Of a DNA stretch of 64,000 nucleotides, positions 29,501 to 38,945 are shown piece after piece. The stretch's first letter is position 1. Each line of letters starts with the position of its first letter. The translations under genes were made by a program, and so were the position numbers. The notes beneath the pieces were generated by a model that did no database searches, was not told the DNA's origin, and was given only the letters and a program-made list of their open reading frames with translations. The DNA comes from an uncultured Planctomycetota bacterium (lineage in GTDB: Bacteria; Planctomycetota; Planctomycetia; Isosphaerales; Isosphaeraceae): NCBI GenBank assembly GCA_963823665.1, contig CAWGMQ010000004.1, positions 2,368,001 through 2,432,000 of the forward strand, given 5' to 3'.

Positions 29501-32173
29501 TCATTCCTTCGGCGTTTCTACTCGCAGGGCCCTGGGCTTGTGGCAGCGTGTTCTTGCGTGTGATCGCGTCGCGGCTAGGTGAGGACCTCGATGCAGCAGC
29601 CTGGCAGGTTTTTTACTCGAAGAAGCGAGCATCGGGTTACATTCTCTCCACCATCTGAGTACTGGCCGCCGCAACTTGCATGCTGCTGCGCCGACCAAGA
29701 TTGCACAGGTCACGGCGCCAAGATCGACCTGCGCAGTAGCTCTCTCTCGTGTTCTCTTTTTTACCGGATTTTCAATGCCTGGGCTCAAGGCACGCCCACT
29801 GTGAACGAGATTGTCAACGGATTGCGTGCCACTTGCATCGGGCTGATCGTTAGCCCCCTTCGCGCTTGTCCCGAGCCAGCCCTGGACACGGGCGCCCAGC
29901 CGGAACAGCCACTCTACCTGGCTGAGCACTCGTTCATCAGCGGCTGAGCGATCGGTTTCTGGCCCGGAATGAGTCTGACTGGCAGCCGATGTCGCAGCGA
30001 GCATTGGCCCTTTGACGATAGCCTGTGCGGCCACCTGACCGGGGTTTACCGGTGGCTGCTGATCTTCGAGCCAAGTGTTCAGGTCGAGCGTGGTTTCGTA
30101 ACTAATACTGGGATCGAGGCTGTTGGCGCTGTTCGCCAGCGCCGTGGATCCGCCATCGACAATGGGACCAATGGCAGGAAGGCTCTGGCTCGAGAGTACC
30201 GGCTGTCCGATCAAGCCCGTGTTGAGTGTCACCATCAAGGTACTTGGAATCGGGCCCATCGATCCTGCGAAGTTGCTCGCGGAGACCGAGGTGGAAAATG
30301 CTGCATTCGTGCCGGCACTGTTCGCAGAATTACTGCCGCCACTGGCTCCTGCACCATCAAGGGCCGTCGAGAACAAGCTCAGCGAGAGCGCAGAGGTTTG
30401 ACTGACGCCGTTATTCAAGACCTTTTCCCAGTCAAGGGCTTCGATTGTGAACAACCAGTTGAACAACGCTGTTTGAGAGCCCGCGTTGATAAATCGAAGT
30501 GAGTACGTTCCATCATCTAATCGGAGCAGATCGCTGTTCAGTGCCTGATCAGTGCTCGCATACAGAATCGTTGTCGAGTTGTTTTCCGTGATCTCGACAG
30601 CTATATCTCCGGCTGTGATCTCGGTCTGGAGCTTGTGATAGCCGGGTACGATCACGTCAAAGCTGAAAACGATTGATTGACCGGCGGCGAGATCGGTTGT
30701 TTCCTGGAATGAACCCATTCCGGTTGACCCGGTCTGGTTCGACGACAAAGGCCAGAGTACGCCCAAGTTGTTCGGGGCTGGAGGCTGTGCCGACGGCGAG
30801 ACATTCCAGCTCGCCAGAACGCTCGAGGAGCCATTGGTCGGCAGGACCGGTTGCTCCGCAAGGTCGACCAGGCCGTGCGTAGCTGGGGAAACCAGCGTGT
30901 AGCTGCCCGGTGGCAGAGGACGGTCGAAAATGAGCTTGAGAGAGGCATCGCTCACCTCGTAGCTCTCGGCAGTCAACGGCCAAGTCTGCCCCCGTGAATC
31001 CACTAGCTCGAGGGCCGATTCTTGAATGTCGGGCACGAACAGGTTGCTGAGGTCGATCGGACCGGAAAATGTAAGTGTGATTCCGGTCGGGCTGTCTTGA
31101 CCGGAGGCCGAATAATCCAACGTGGAACTCAAGAGGCGCGTCGTCTGCGTATGAGGTGATTCGACGAGGTTGAGCGCAAAGAGCCCGCCGGACTGCGTGA
31201 TGCCGTTCAAGCCAGGAGTTCCCAGCACCGGGTCGTAACCTCCGGGACTGTATGGCACGTCGCTCGCACCGGAGATTCCTACGTAATAGGTGCCGGGCTC
31301 GAGTCCGGCGAAAAGATAGGGATCGTTTGGATTGGCAGGAATGCCCGTGCCGGAATTGCGGCTGGCAATCAGCGTGCCGTCCGCTTCAAAGAGCGAAAGG
31401 TCCGTGAGCAAGCTGCTGCCAATGCTGTTTGCTGAAATCGCGAGACCAACCTGCCAGAGATTGCCCGCGGGAAGCGTGAATTTATACAAGTCCACGGCCG
31501 CGGTAGAGTTGCTCGGGTCAATCCAACCCCATGTTGTCTGGCCCGGAATGAGTGAGCTGTCTAAAGGGCTGATCGTGGCCCCTTGACCTAAAATGGTGAA
31601 CGTTCCGATCGGCTGATCTTGATTCGGATCCCAGAGCAGCGGCCCCGGCCCATACGCACCGCTGGCCGCGTAGGAGATGCTCGTGCCTCCAACCAGATCG
31701 ATCTCGTACTGACCGGCGGGAAGGGTTACATTATCATATTCGTAATCACCGTAGTTAAACTTCTGCATCGGAACGATCAATTCAGTGCCTGTGGCGTCGG
31801 AGAGCTCAGGCGGAGCGTCGCCGAGATCCCAGAGCGGAATTTTTGTACCGTCACTGTTCAGCTCCTCGATCTGAACGTCGAAACTTCCCATCAAAACCGG
31901 CACGTTCACGTTGTTGAATGTGATAACCAGCTCCTGAGGTGACTGAGTCAAGCGCTCGCCGTTAAATGGCTGCAGTGAGGCAATCGGAGACAGACCTTCG
32001 CTCAAAAGCGCGCGAAGCTCAAGCTGTTCCAGGTTCGGGCGACGTCGACCGCTGACGCCATGGCGCACGCGAGACCCTGGAGGAAGCAAGTCCTGATCCC
32101 GGTTCGAGCAGAAGCTACGTTCGGCGAAATGAAGCCGCTTGAAAGTACAAATTCGCTTGAGCATAAGGTGCAA
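29501..32173 (-). CDS. Large secreted/surface protein with PPC/DVUA0089-like and Ig-like domains
   Basis: RRRPNLEQLELRALLS motif, VDLYKFTL...LSLF...NDPYLFAGLEPGTYYVGISG, late hydrophobic segment plus basic tail. Start uncertain. Confidence 0.75.
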   Translation of the reverse strand: MHLMLKRICTFKRLHFAERSFCSNRDQDLLPPGSRVRHGVSGRRRPNLEQLELRALLSEGLSPIASLQPFNGERLTQSPQELVITFNNVNVPVLMGSFDVQIEELNSDGTKIPLWDLGDAPPELSDATGTELIVPMQKFNYGDYEYDNVTLPAGQYEIDLVGGTSISYAASGAYGPGPLLWDPNQDQPIGTFTILGQGATISPLDSSLIPGQTTWGWIDPSNSTAAVDLYKFTLPAGNLWQVGLAISANSIGSSLLTDLSLFEADGTLIASRNSGTGIPANPNDPYLFAGLEPGTYYVGISGASDVPYSPGGYDPVLGTPGLNGITQSGGLFALNLVESPHTQTTRLLSSTLDYSASGQDSPTGITLTFSGPIDLSNLFVPDIQESALELVDSRGQTWPLTAESYEVSDASLKLIFDRPLPPGSYTLVSPATHGLVDLAEQPVLPTNGSSSVLASWNVSPSAQPPAPNNLGVLWPLSSNQTGSTGMGSFQETTDLAAGQSIVFSFDVIVPGYHKLQTEITAGDIAVEITENNSTTILYASTDQALNSDLLRLDDGTYSLRFINAGSQTALFNWLFTIEALDWEKVLNNGVSQTSALSLSLFSTALDGAGASGGSNSANSAGTNAAFSTSVSASNFAGSMGPIPSTLMVTLNTGLIGQPVLSSQSLPAIGPIVDGGSTALANSANSLDPSISYETTLDLNTWLEDQQPPVNPGQVAAQAIVKGPMLAATSAASQTHSGPETDRSAADERVLSQVEWLFRLGARVQGWLGTSAKGANDQPDASGTQSVDNLVHSGRALSPGIENPVKKRTRERATAQVDLGAVTCAILVGAAACKLRRPVLRWWRECNPMLASSSKKPARLLHRGPHLAATRSHARTRCHKPRALRVETPKE

Positions 32174-32293
32174 ACCCCCTGGCGATGCTGCGGTTCCATC
32201 CAGACGTTCACGCTTCTGCCATCTCTTCTAGCCTAGCTCGGCGACTTCGCCCGGAGCCCAGCGTGATGACGAAACGAATCACGAAGATGTGAA

Positions 32294-33768
32294 TCAGAGC
32301 AGCGAGTTCAGGTCATCGATTGACTGATCGACCGCCTGCAGCACCGTGGATACCGCCCCGGTACCGCTTGACGCACTCGATACCGACGTACTGCCATTGC
32401 TTGTTTGAGCAGTGTCTGAATTGGATGTTGACGCTGTTGTTCCGGCGATGGAAATGGCGACAGCTTGGAGAGCGGTTACCGTGCTGCTTGTTTGAGTGAG
32501 CAGACCTGCCGCGACGCTTCCGACCACATCAGGCACTATTGACATGGTCTCCACCCACCCGGTCAAGGTGCCTATGACGTTCTGCAGACCAAGATCCTCT
32601 AAAAGTCCAGTGAGTGGGTCGGTGGGGGGGGCGTTATCGTTGGATGTACCACCCGCCTGAGATGGCTGCGCAGCGACTACAGTAGAAGGCGGCGCTATGG
32701 CGCTTGTGGCTGCGAACCGAAGTTGACCTCCAAGCCGTAGGCGCCGATCGGGCCGGGCCCGCTGGCGGAGAGCACCTTGATGTAATACTCCTGGCCGGGC
32801 TGCACGCTCGCGCTTACGCTGAATGTTGCACCGAGCGAACCAATTGTGCCTGCCTCGCCAATCAAGCTGAGCGACGAGTTGTATACCTGCAGCTTGGGCG
32901 AAAGTGAGCTCAATGCGCTCGACTGCGCGGAGACGCTCATGGTTCCATTCGAGGTTGACGGCACGTTGACGGAAAACCATTCACTGTCACCGTCCGTCGT
33001 GATGTCGAGCCCGGACAGACTGATCTGATTGTTGCTCAGGAATGAGTTGATGGCCGTCGCCGTCGAATACGAATTGTTGCGTTTGGCGCCGGTATTGAAC
33101 TGATCGAACTGCGGTGTGCCGTAGATCGACTGGATGCCGCTGATGTCGTCGCTCGTGAGAGCCTGTTTGATTCCATTATATGTGCCGTACATCACGGCCG
33201 TGGAAACGGTCGATTCTCCCAGCCCCAGCGCATGTCCAAACTCGTGAGCGACGACCGTCAACAGGTCGTAGTTCGAGTTGATTTGCCAGTTGACACTTGA
33301 GTTAAGCAGGATGTCGCCCGCATCGGTGCCGCCATTGGCAGGGGGTGGCACGAAGGTGATTGCAAGGACGGACGAGCCCAATGGCACTGCACCAATGCGA
33401 ATATCTCCAAAACGTGGGTCATCTTGCTGATCTCCGGAGGTCCCCACCGGCTCGCCGCCGTCCGGCACCATTGCCAGATTGACGTTCGTGACATTCTCCC
33501 ACAACGACGCGGCTGTTTCGATTTGCTGCTCCCAAGTTGAAGTGGGGAACTTTGCATCGAGCATTTGAAAAAGCGTGCTTGGGACTCCGCCCACATTGGT
33601 CCCGTCGGGCATGAAGCTGTAAGTGATGCGGCTTGAGTAGGTCCACTGGTCACCCAGGGCGGAGTACAGCAAGAGTCGCGTTTCCAGGCCTTCCAGTTCC
33701 AGGCGCATGCCACGAAGATGCTTCTTTTGATTGCGTGTTCGACGAAAGGGCACACGAAGACCAAGCAT
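32294..33768 (-). CDS. Matrixin (M10)-like metalloprotease with PPC-like domain and Ser/Thr-rich tail, one frameshift near 32700
   Basis: LEGLETRLLL, ITYSFMPDG, FGDIRIGA, HEFGHALGLGES, Met-turn AVMYG. One extra C at GCG CC ATA joins ...QPQAP to IAPPSTV.... Confidence 0.85.
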
Positions 33769-34049
33769 TTTTCCAACTCCGGTTGCTTTTCAAGAGAGAA
33801 TTAAACGTGTGAGATTTGATGGCATCCATCGAATGCAACAGGCCGACACGACAAAACCTTGCACACAACCACGGCTGATGCCCGCGCACGGTCGTGCTGA
33901 TTCAAGCGTAGTCCGGCACTTTAATCAGAAGTTGAACCACGTTGTTTTCGGCCATCATTGCTGCGATCAGGCATCGAAGCCCGAGCCAAGGTGCGTTGCA
34001 GCGCAAACCCGCGGGGAGGCCGATTGATCTGTTACATCTCGATGCGGGT

Positions 34050-34095
34050 TAAAACGACAACGGCGGCGCTTCTCGGGAAGAGAAGCGTCGCCGTT
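34050..34095 (-). terminator. Long hairpin, probable terminator of the repeat-protein gene
   Basis: AACGGCGGCGCTTCTC (34059-34074) / GAGAAGCGTCGCCGTT (34080-34095), a 16-bp stem with one imperfect pair, followed on the minus strand by GTCGTTTT. Confidence 0.55.
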
Positions 34096-34182
34096 TGGCC
34101 GTCTTCAATCGCGGGGAACTTAAGTGGATTGCACCGATATCGAGTGTTTGCGCACCGAATCCGCCAAACGCCTCGACAAGCG

Positions 34183-35145
34183 TTACTGGCCAGACGCCTT
34201 GACTGGCGCCTGTGGAGCACCCATCGGACCACTGTAGCCGCCCTTACCAGGTGCTTGTGGTGCCGGAGAGACCTTCGCCGGTGCCTGGGCAGCCGGCAGA
34301 ATCTTGGCGGGGGCCTGAGCGGTTGGCGCTACTTTGCTCGGAGCCTGAGCGGCTGGCATGATCTTGGCCGGAGCCTGGGCGGCCGGTGAGACCTTGCTCG
34401 GAGCCTGAGCGGCTGGCATGATCTTGGCCGGAGCCTGGGCGGCCGGTGAGACCTTGCTCGGGGCCTGAGCAGCCGGCATGACTTTGCCCGGAGCTTGACC
34501 CGCGGGCATGACCTTGCTGGGAGCAGCGGCAGCCGCCGGCCAGCTCTTGGCGGGCGCTTGGGGTGCCGGAGAAACCTTGCTCGGAGCCTGGCCAGCGGGC
34601 ATGGCTTTGCCCGGGGCTTGCCCCGCGGGCATGACCTTGCCCGGAGCCTGGCCGGCGGGCATGACCTTGCTGGGAGCAGCGGCAGCAGCCGGCCAGCCTT
34701 TCCCAGGAGCTTGGGGAGCTGGTGAGATCTTGCTCGGGGCTTGCGCAGCCGGCATGACCTTACCCGGAGCTTGGCCCGCGGGCATAATCTTGCCAGGAGC
34801 TTGAGCAGCCGGCATCACCTTGCCCGGCGCCTGCGCAGCCGGAGAAACTTTACTCGGCGCCGCAGCCGCGGGCCAGCCTTTCCCCGGCGCTTGAGGCGCG
34901 GGAGAAACTTTGGTAGGGGCGACGGCCGCCGGCAACGATTTACCGGGAGCCTGGGCCGTCGGCGACACTTTACTGGGGGCAACAGCCGCGGGCAAACCCT
35001 TGGCCGGTGCCTGAGCAGCCGGGGCAACCTTACCTGGGGCCTGTGCCGCCGGCAACACTTTGCCTGGTCCCTGAGCTGCCGCCATGGGCCCTTGCGGGCT
35101 CTGGCCGGTCAGACCCAAGGCAAGTACCAATACCGCACTGGTCAT
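34183..35145 (-). CDS. Secreted Pro/Ala/Gln/Lys decapeptide-repeat protein (320 aa)
   Basis: AGAGGA RBS, short hydrophobic N-terminus MTSAVLVLALGLTG, then ~28 repeats of consensus V(M/S)PAAQAP(G/S/A)K with varied third codon positions. Confidence 0.85.
   Translation of the reverse strand: MTSAVLVLALGLTGQSPQGPMAAAQGPGKVLPAAQAPGKVAPAAQAPAKGLPAAVAPSKVSPTAQAPGKSLPAAVAPTKVSPAPQAPGKGWPAAAAPSKVSPAAQAPGKVMPAAQAPGKIMPAGQAPGKVMPAAQAPSKISPAPQAPGKGWPAAAAAPSKVMPAGQAPGKVMPAGQAPGKAMPAGQAPSKVSPAPQAPAKSWPAAAAAPSKVMPAGQAPGKVMPAAQAPSKVSPAAQAPAKIMPAAQAPSKVSPAAQAPAKIMPAAQAPSKVAPTAQAPAKILPAAQAPAKVSPAPQAPGKGGYSGPMGAPQAPVKASGQ
34230..35080 (-). repeat. 30-bp-unit coding tandem repeat array
   Basis: 30-nt period with two 33-nt units. 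Exact 60-bp tandem duplication at 34341-34400 / 34401-34460. Confidence 0.9.
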
Positions 35146-35729
35146 CGCGATGTCCTCTTGTGAAGAGTGAGTTTGACGGTCCCCGTCTCGATCGAGTCGG
35201 TGTTCTGAGAATCCCCTGATGGTCTGGTGCGGTCGCTGGTTGTTGAGCGTCCTTTTCGCCAGATCCACCGTCACAGTTCGGATCATCTGCCGAACGCATA
35301 AAAGCGTTCTCCAGTGAACCTGTTCCCCAACCCGCGCTCGGGAACCGATCACGCAGGCCTCGGCACGGTGGCGGAAGCCTCAAGCCGGTCGTCTTGGCCG
35401 ACTCTCGCTCTCCACCCCCAGGGGTGGCCATTGTGGTTATCGGCAGACCTGTTGTCCTCATTCACAGAACTTGAGAAAATCGAGGAACTGCCAGGTTGAC
35501 GAACTCTAGGGGCTTTGACGAGTTTCAAGAGAGTAGGTGGTGTATCTTGGAGAATTGACATCCACCAACGGTTGCTTCGAAGCCGAACGTTGAGTGTGTC
35601 TAGGAGGTCCGCGTCGGTCAGGATGAGTCGTTGCGGTTGTCGTGAAGAGGGATACTTCTGCGACTTCCGGGACTCGAGGGCCGGTGCTCTTCGGTTCAGC
35701 ATAATTCTACACCGGTATTGGGAGGCAGC

Positions 35730-37301
35730 ATGCGTATTGGCAACTGGCTCGGGGGTTCGGTGATCATGATGCTGGCTGTCGTCCATGGTATGGCGGCAAC
35801 CGCGCGCACTGCCGAGCAAGTCACGACTGTCCCGACGGCCGTCCCGCTCGGAGGATCACTCGACGGCCAGTCCGGCGATCATTATTTCGGTATCTATGTT
35901 CCGACGCGATTCGGAGGCGAGCTCCAGGTCAAATCAACGTCGGGCAAGGTCGCCGAGCTCAAGCGCCCCAATGGCACAGCGCTTGAGAACGGTCAGGACA
36001 TCGGGTTTGACCAGCATGGCTGGTATACCTTCAAAGTGGAAGGCGCTACGAAACCCTACTCGGTGGAGAACGCGTTCGTTCAACACGCACAGAGCACGAA
36101 GAAGCCCTGGAACTTCTACTACTGGCCGACCAAGGGTGACTCGATTCACGAGCCGTGGGCTGGCGGCAACGCGCGAGTTGACACAATGAGCAGAAACGGC
36201 GATGACATGTTCGTCGCTTCGCCAGGCGGCTATATCGCCCCGGGAAATGACATCATCCTCCCGGGTGCCAATGGATTACTGGAAACTCTCCCACAGGCCG
36301 GTGACGACGCCACCTGGTTCCCGAACCTGTACGACGACTTGACCTGGGTTGGCCCGGACAAGAACAACGGCGGTCAAATCACACGGTTCATGACCCCGTC
36401 ACCCATGCTGAAATACGACCAGCTCTTCGGAACCTCGGGCCGTCAATGGGAAGCGGCGTTCAGCCAGAACAGGGATATCTCGCGCTGGCCCGGCCATTGC
36501 CTCGGAGGCGCTGTTGCGTCGATCCTCTTGAATGAGCCGACTCCGGCGCCCTGGACCGGGATGACTCGTGATGAACTCAAGGCCCTCTGGGCGGAGCTGG
36601 GCGAAAATCACTACAACCACCGGATTGGCGACTATGCCAACGAAATTCCTCCTGGCCCCCCCCGCCCTGGTTATGATGTGTGCGACTGGAAAGCCCCCAG
36701 GGTGCACGCGATGCTCGAGACCCACATTCGGGGTGAGAAGAAGGCCCTCCTCGCCAATCTCCGGGCGTTTCCACCGCGCGGAACGATCAATGAGGTATGG
36801 AACCACGGCGTTTACATGTACACCGCCAAGTACAATTCCATCGCTGGCCGCGGTCCCCGTGCCGTCAAGATCTCGCTCGAGCTTCACGCCAACTCGGGTT
36901 CTTGCATCAACGGTCAAGACGACAAAGATCGGGTGATCTACTACGAGTACAACCTGGTTTACGGCCTGGACGGCAAGATCGACGAATCCAATCCGGCCGC
37001 CGCCGACTGGATCTCGGTTCGTGGCGAAGCCCTTTTCGCCCCGCTGAATGTTCTCGAGCTGGTCGAATCACGCTGGGCCGGCCACAACCAGCAGATCACC
37101 GAAGGGAACGTCCGGTCGCTCGACCTGGCGAACGGCGGCACCAATCGTCAGCGGGTCGCGCAAGCACCGCAGTTTCGACCTGTGCTGGAGTATGAAGCCG
37201 GTCGTCCCAGAATGATCGCCGCCGATACGACGACGGAAGAAGATCGACCCCGATCGGGTGGAGGAGGCGGGTTCTTCAGAAGGATCTTCGGTGGCCGTTA
37301 A
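35730..37301 (+). CDS. Secreted protein, putative transglutaminase-elicitor (GP42-like) family enzyme
   Basis: GGAGG RBS and signal peptide. Ordered motifs PWNFYYWP, SPMLKYD, WPGHCLGGAVASILLNEP, ELKAL, EVWNHGVY, YEYNL...DGKI. Confidence 0.65.
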   Translation: MRIGNWLGGSVIMMLAVVHGMAATARTAEQVTTVPTAVPLGGSLDGQSGDHYFGIYVPTRFGGELQVKSTSGKVAELKRPNGTALENGQDIGFDQHGWYTFKVEGATKPYSVENAFVQHAQSTKKPWNFYYWPTKGDSIHEPWAGGNARVDTMSRNGDDMFVASPGGYIAPGNDIILPGANGLLETLPQAGDDATWFPNLYDDLTWVGPDKNNGGQITRFMTPSPMLKYDQLFGTSGRQWEAAFSQNRDISRWPGHCLGGAVASILLNEPTPAPWTGMTRDELKALWAELGENHYNHRIGDYANEIPPGPPRPGYDVCDWKAPRVHAMLETHIRGEKKALLANLRAFPPRGTINEVWNHGVYMYTAKYNSIAGRGPRAVKISLELHANSGSCINGQDDKDRVIYYEYNLVYGLDGKIDESNPAAADWISVRGEALFAPLNVLELVESRWAGHNQQITEGNVRSLDLANGGTNRQRVAQAPQFRPVLEYEAGRPRMIAADTTTEEDRPRSGGGGGFFRRIFGGR

Positions 37302-37303
37302 TT

Positions 37304-37404
37304 GTCAGTGGTCAGTGGTCAGTTGCTTGTCGTGCCCCTGGGTGCAATGCACGATTCAAGAGGTGCCGCATTCAAGCAACTGACCACTGCAAATTACAAC
37401 TAAC
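37304..37404 (+). repeat. Heptamer-repeat-based inverted repeat (hairpin) directly after the stop codon
   Basis: GTCAGTG GTCAGTG GTCAGTT, with a perfect 17-bp IR CAGTGGTCAGTTGCTTG (37313-37329) / CAAGCAACTGACCACTG (37373-37389). Confidence 0.75.
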
Positions 37405-37633
37405 AATTGTATCGATTCTTCCGACCGCTCAATCAAATCGATCGGGTCTCCTTTCGATTTCGTCATTTTCGTCACGGCTGTTCAAGTTTGACGGCGACGG
37501 CAGACGATTAATCAGTTCGACTCAGTCGAGCCGCCGTGCGTTGAAAGCTCCACTCCAGCGCACCAGGTGGCCGACTACTGGAAGCCGCTGCCGCGAGTTG
37601 TGACGGGTCTTCTCTGAGCGTTAGGGTGCTGCC

Positions 37634-38176
37634 ATGAGCCACGGCGATCTCGATCTCGTGATAAACGACCCGACGGTGGATGATTCCCAACGGATGCTTT
37701 TGCATTCGCTGGCCGTCATGATCGAGGTACCCGCGGTCAAGCCAAGCCCGATCGAGCGGGTCCCGCGGACGAACTCGCGGACCGCGCGAACAGTGAAACG
37801 AGCGTCTCGCCGTTCCAGGCGACGTGTTCGCCGGAAGGTATACCTGGCTGGTTGTACCCTGCTGGCTTTGGTACCGATCGTCTCGGCGTGCACACTCGGT
37901 TGGTCAAATCGGCCGGACCGCATCATCGCCTGTTCGATCCCAGAACCGCTGCAAGCGGCGAGCACGATGGATCGCGACAGTTTCTCCCAGATGGCGCCCT
38001 CCGACGGAACAGAAACTGCGACGGGGCAGGCGATGATCGCCTCGCGTAGGACCGCCATCGTCTCCGGTGAGGCAGCGGCCGTGGCACCCGTGAGTGCCGT
38101 CGAGCCTCCCGTGATTTTGCCCGGCTATTTGCTACCGGATGACAGCCGCGAGGATGTGTTGCATGAGGGAAGTTGA
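37634..38176 (+). CDS. Hypothetical single-pass membrane protein
   Basis: Arg-rich stretch, TM helix, C-terminal PVILPGYLLPDD. Overlaps the start of the next gene. Confidence 0.65.
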   Translation: MSHGDLDLVINDPTVDDSQRMLLHSLAVMIEVPAVKPSPIERVPRTNSRTARTVKRASRRSRRRVRRKVYLAGCTLLALVPIVSACTLGWSNRPDRIIACSIPEPLQAASTMDRDSFSQMAPSDGTETATGQAMIASRRTAIVSGEAAAVAPVSAVEPPVILPGYLLPDDSREDVLHEGS

Positions 38177-38932
38177 CGAGGCACTGGCACGGGCTTACGC
38201 CAAGCGCGACGTGGCCGATCAACCCCAGGGAGTACCTCCAGCACCCATCTGCCGGCTCGCGTACTCCACCCGGAACGCAATGAGCAACCCGAATTAGAAA
38301 AGTCGGTCGAATTGCAGTGGCCTGCACTCGTCCTGGCACTCGAACGGAATTGGGGCGCACGGTTCGAGCGAATGGCGCAGCTTCTCCTCGCTGCGCAAAA
38401 ACAGCAGAGCTTGAAGGCCATTCTTTTCACGAGCTGTCATCGCGCTGAAGGGCGCACGACCCTTGTTCTAACCCTGGCGCGGGCCCTTTCTCGCCATCCG
38501 CTTCGTACGCTCATCGTGGACAGCGATTTGACCGGCCCGATGGTTGCAAGGCTGGTGGGCCTGCGACCGCATGTGGGGCTTGAAGATGTGGTTGAGGATG
38601 GCAAGGCCCTCGCGGATGCGCTGATCGACGCATCCGACGATCATCTCACAATCTTGCCCATGCGCACGGCGGTCTCGCGACCGCGCGACTTCCTTGCGAG
38701 CCCTGCCTGGACTTGCACGCTTGCCCGGCTCCGGCGTGAATTCGATCTCATTCTGCTAGACGGCGGCCCCCTCTTCACCGGATTGAGCGCAGCCCTGTTG
38801 CACCGGTCGGTCGATGCAGCGGTTCTGGTGCACCACAAAGGGATGACCGGTGAGCGTGCCGTGCTCCGCGCCCGCGAGGTCCTCGAGGCGGGAGGAATCC
38901 CCCTTCTGGGATTAGCGGAGACCTTCGTGTAA
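38163..38932 (+). CDS. CpsD/CapB (BY-kinase/MinD-like) P-loop protein, frameshift at the C-run 38244-38246
   Basis: ILFTSCHRAEGRTT, LIVDSDL, FDLILLDGGP. ATG 38163 (MREVDEALARAY...) joins the downstream frame if one C is added. Confidence 0.75.
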
Positions 38933-38945
38933 GGCGGGAGGCCCT

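Noticed and set aside
34230..35080. Regular 30-bp repeats as a CRISPR array
   Set aside because: No unique spacers, in-frame units with third-position variation, and no cas genes. It is a coding repeat.
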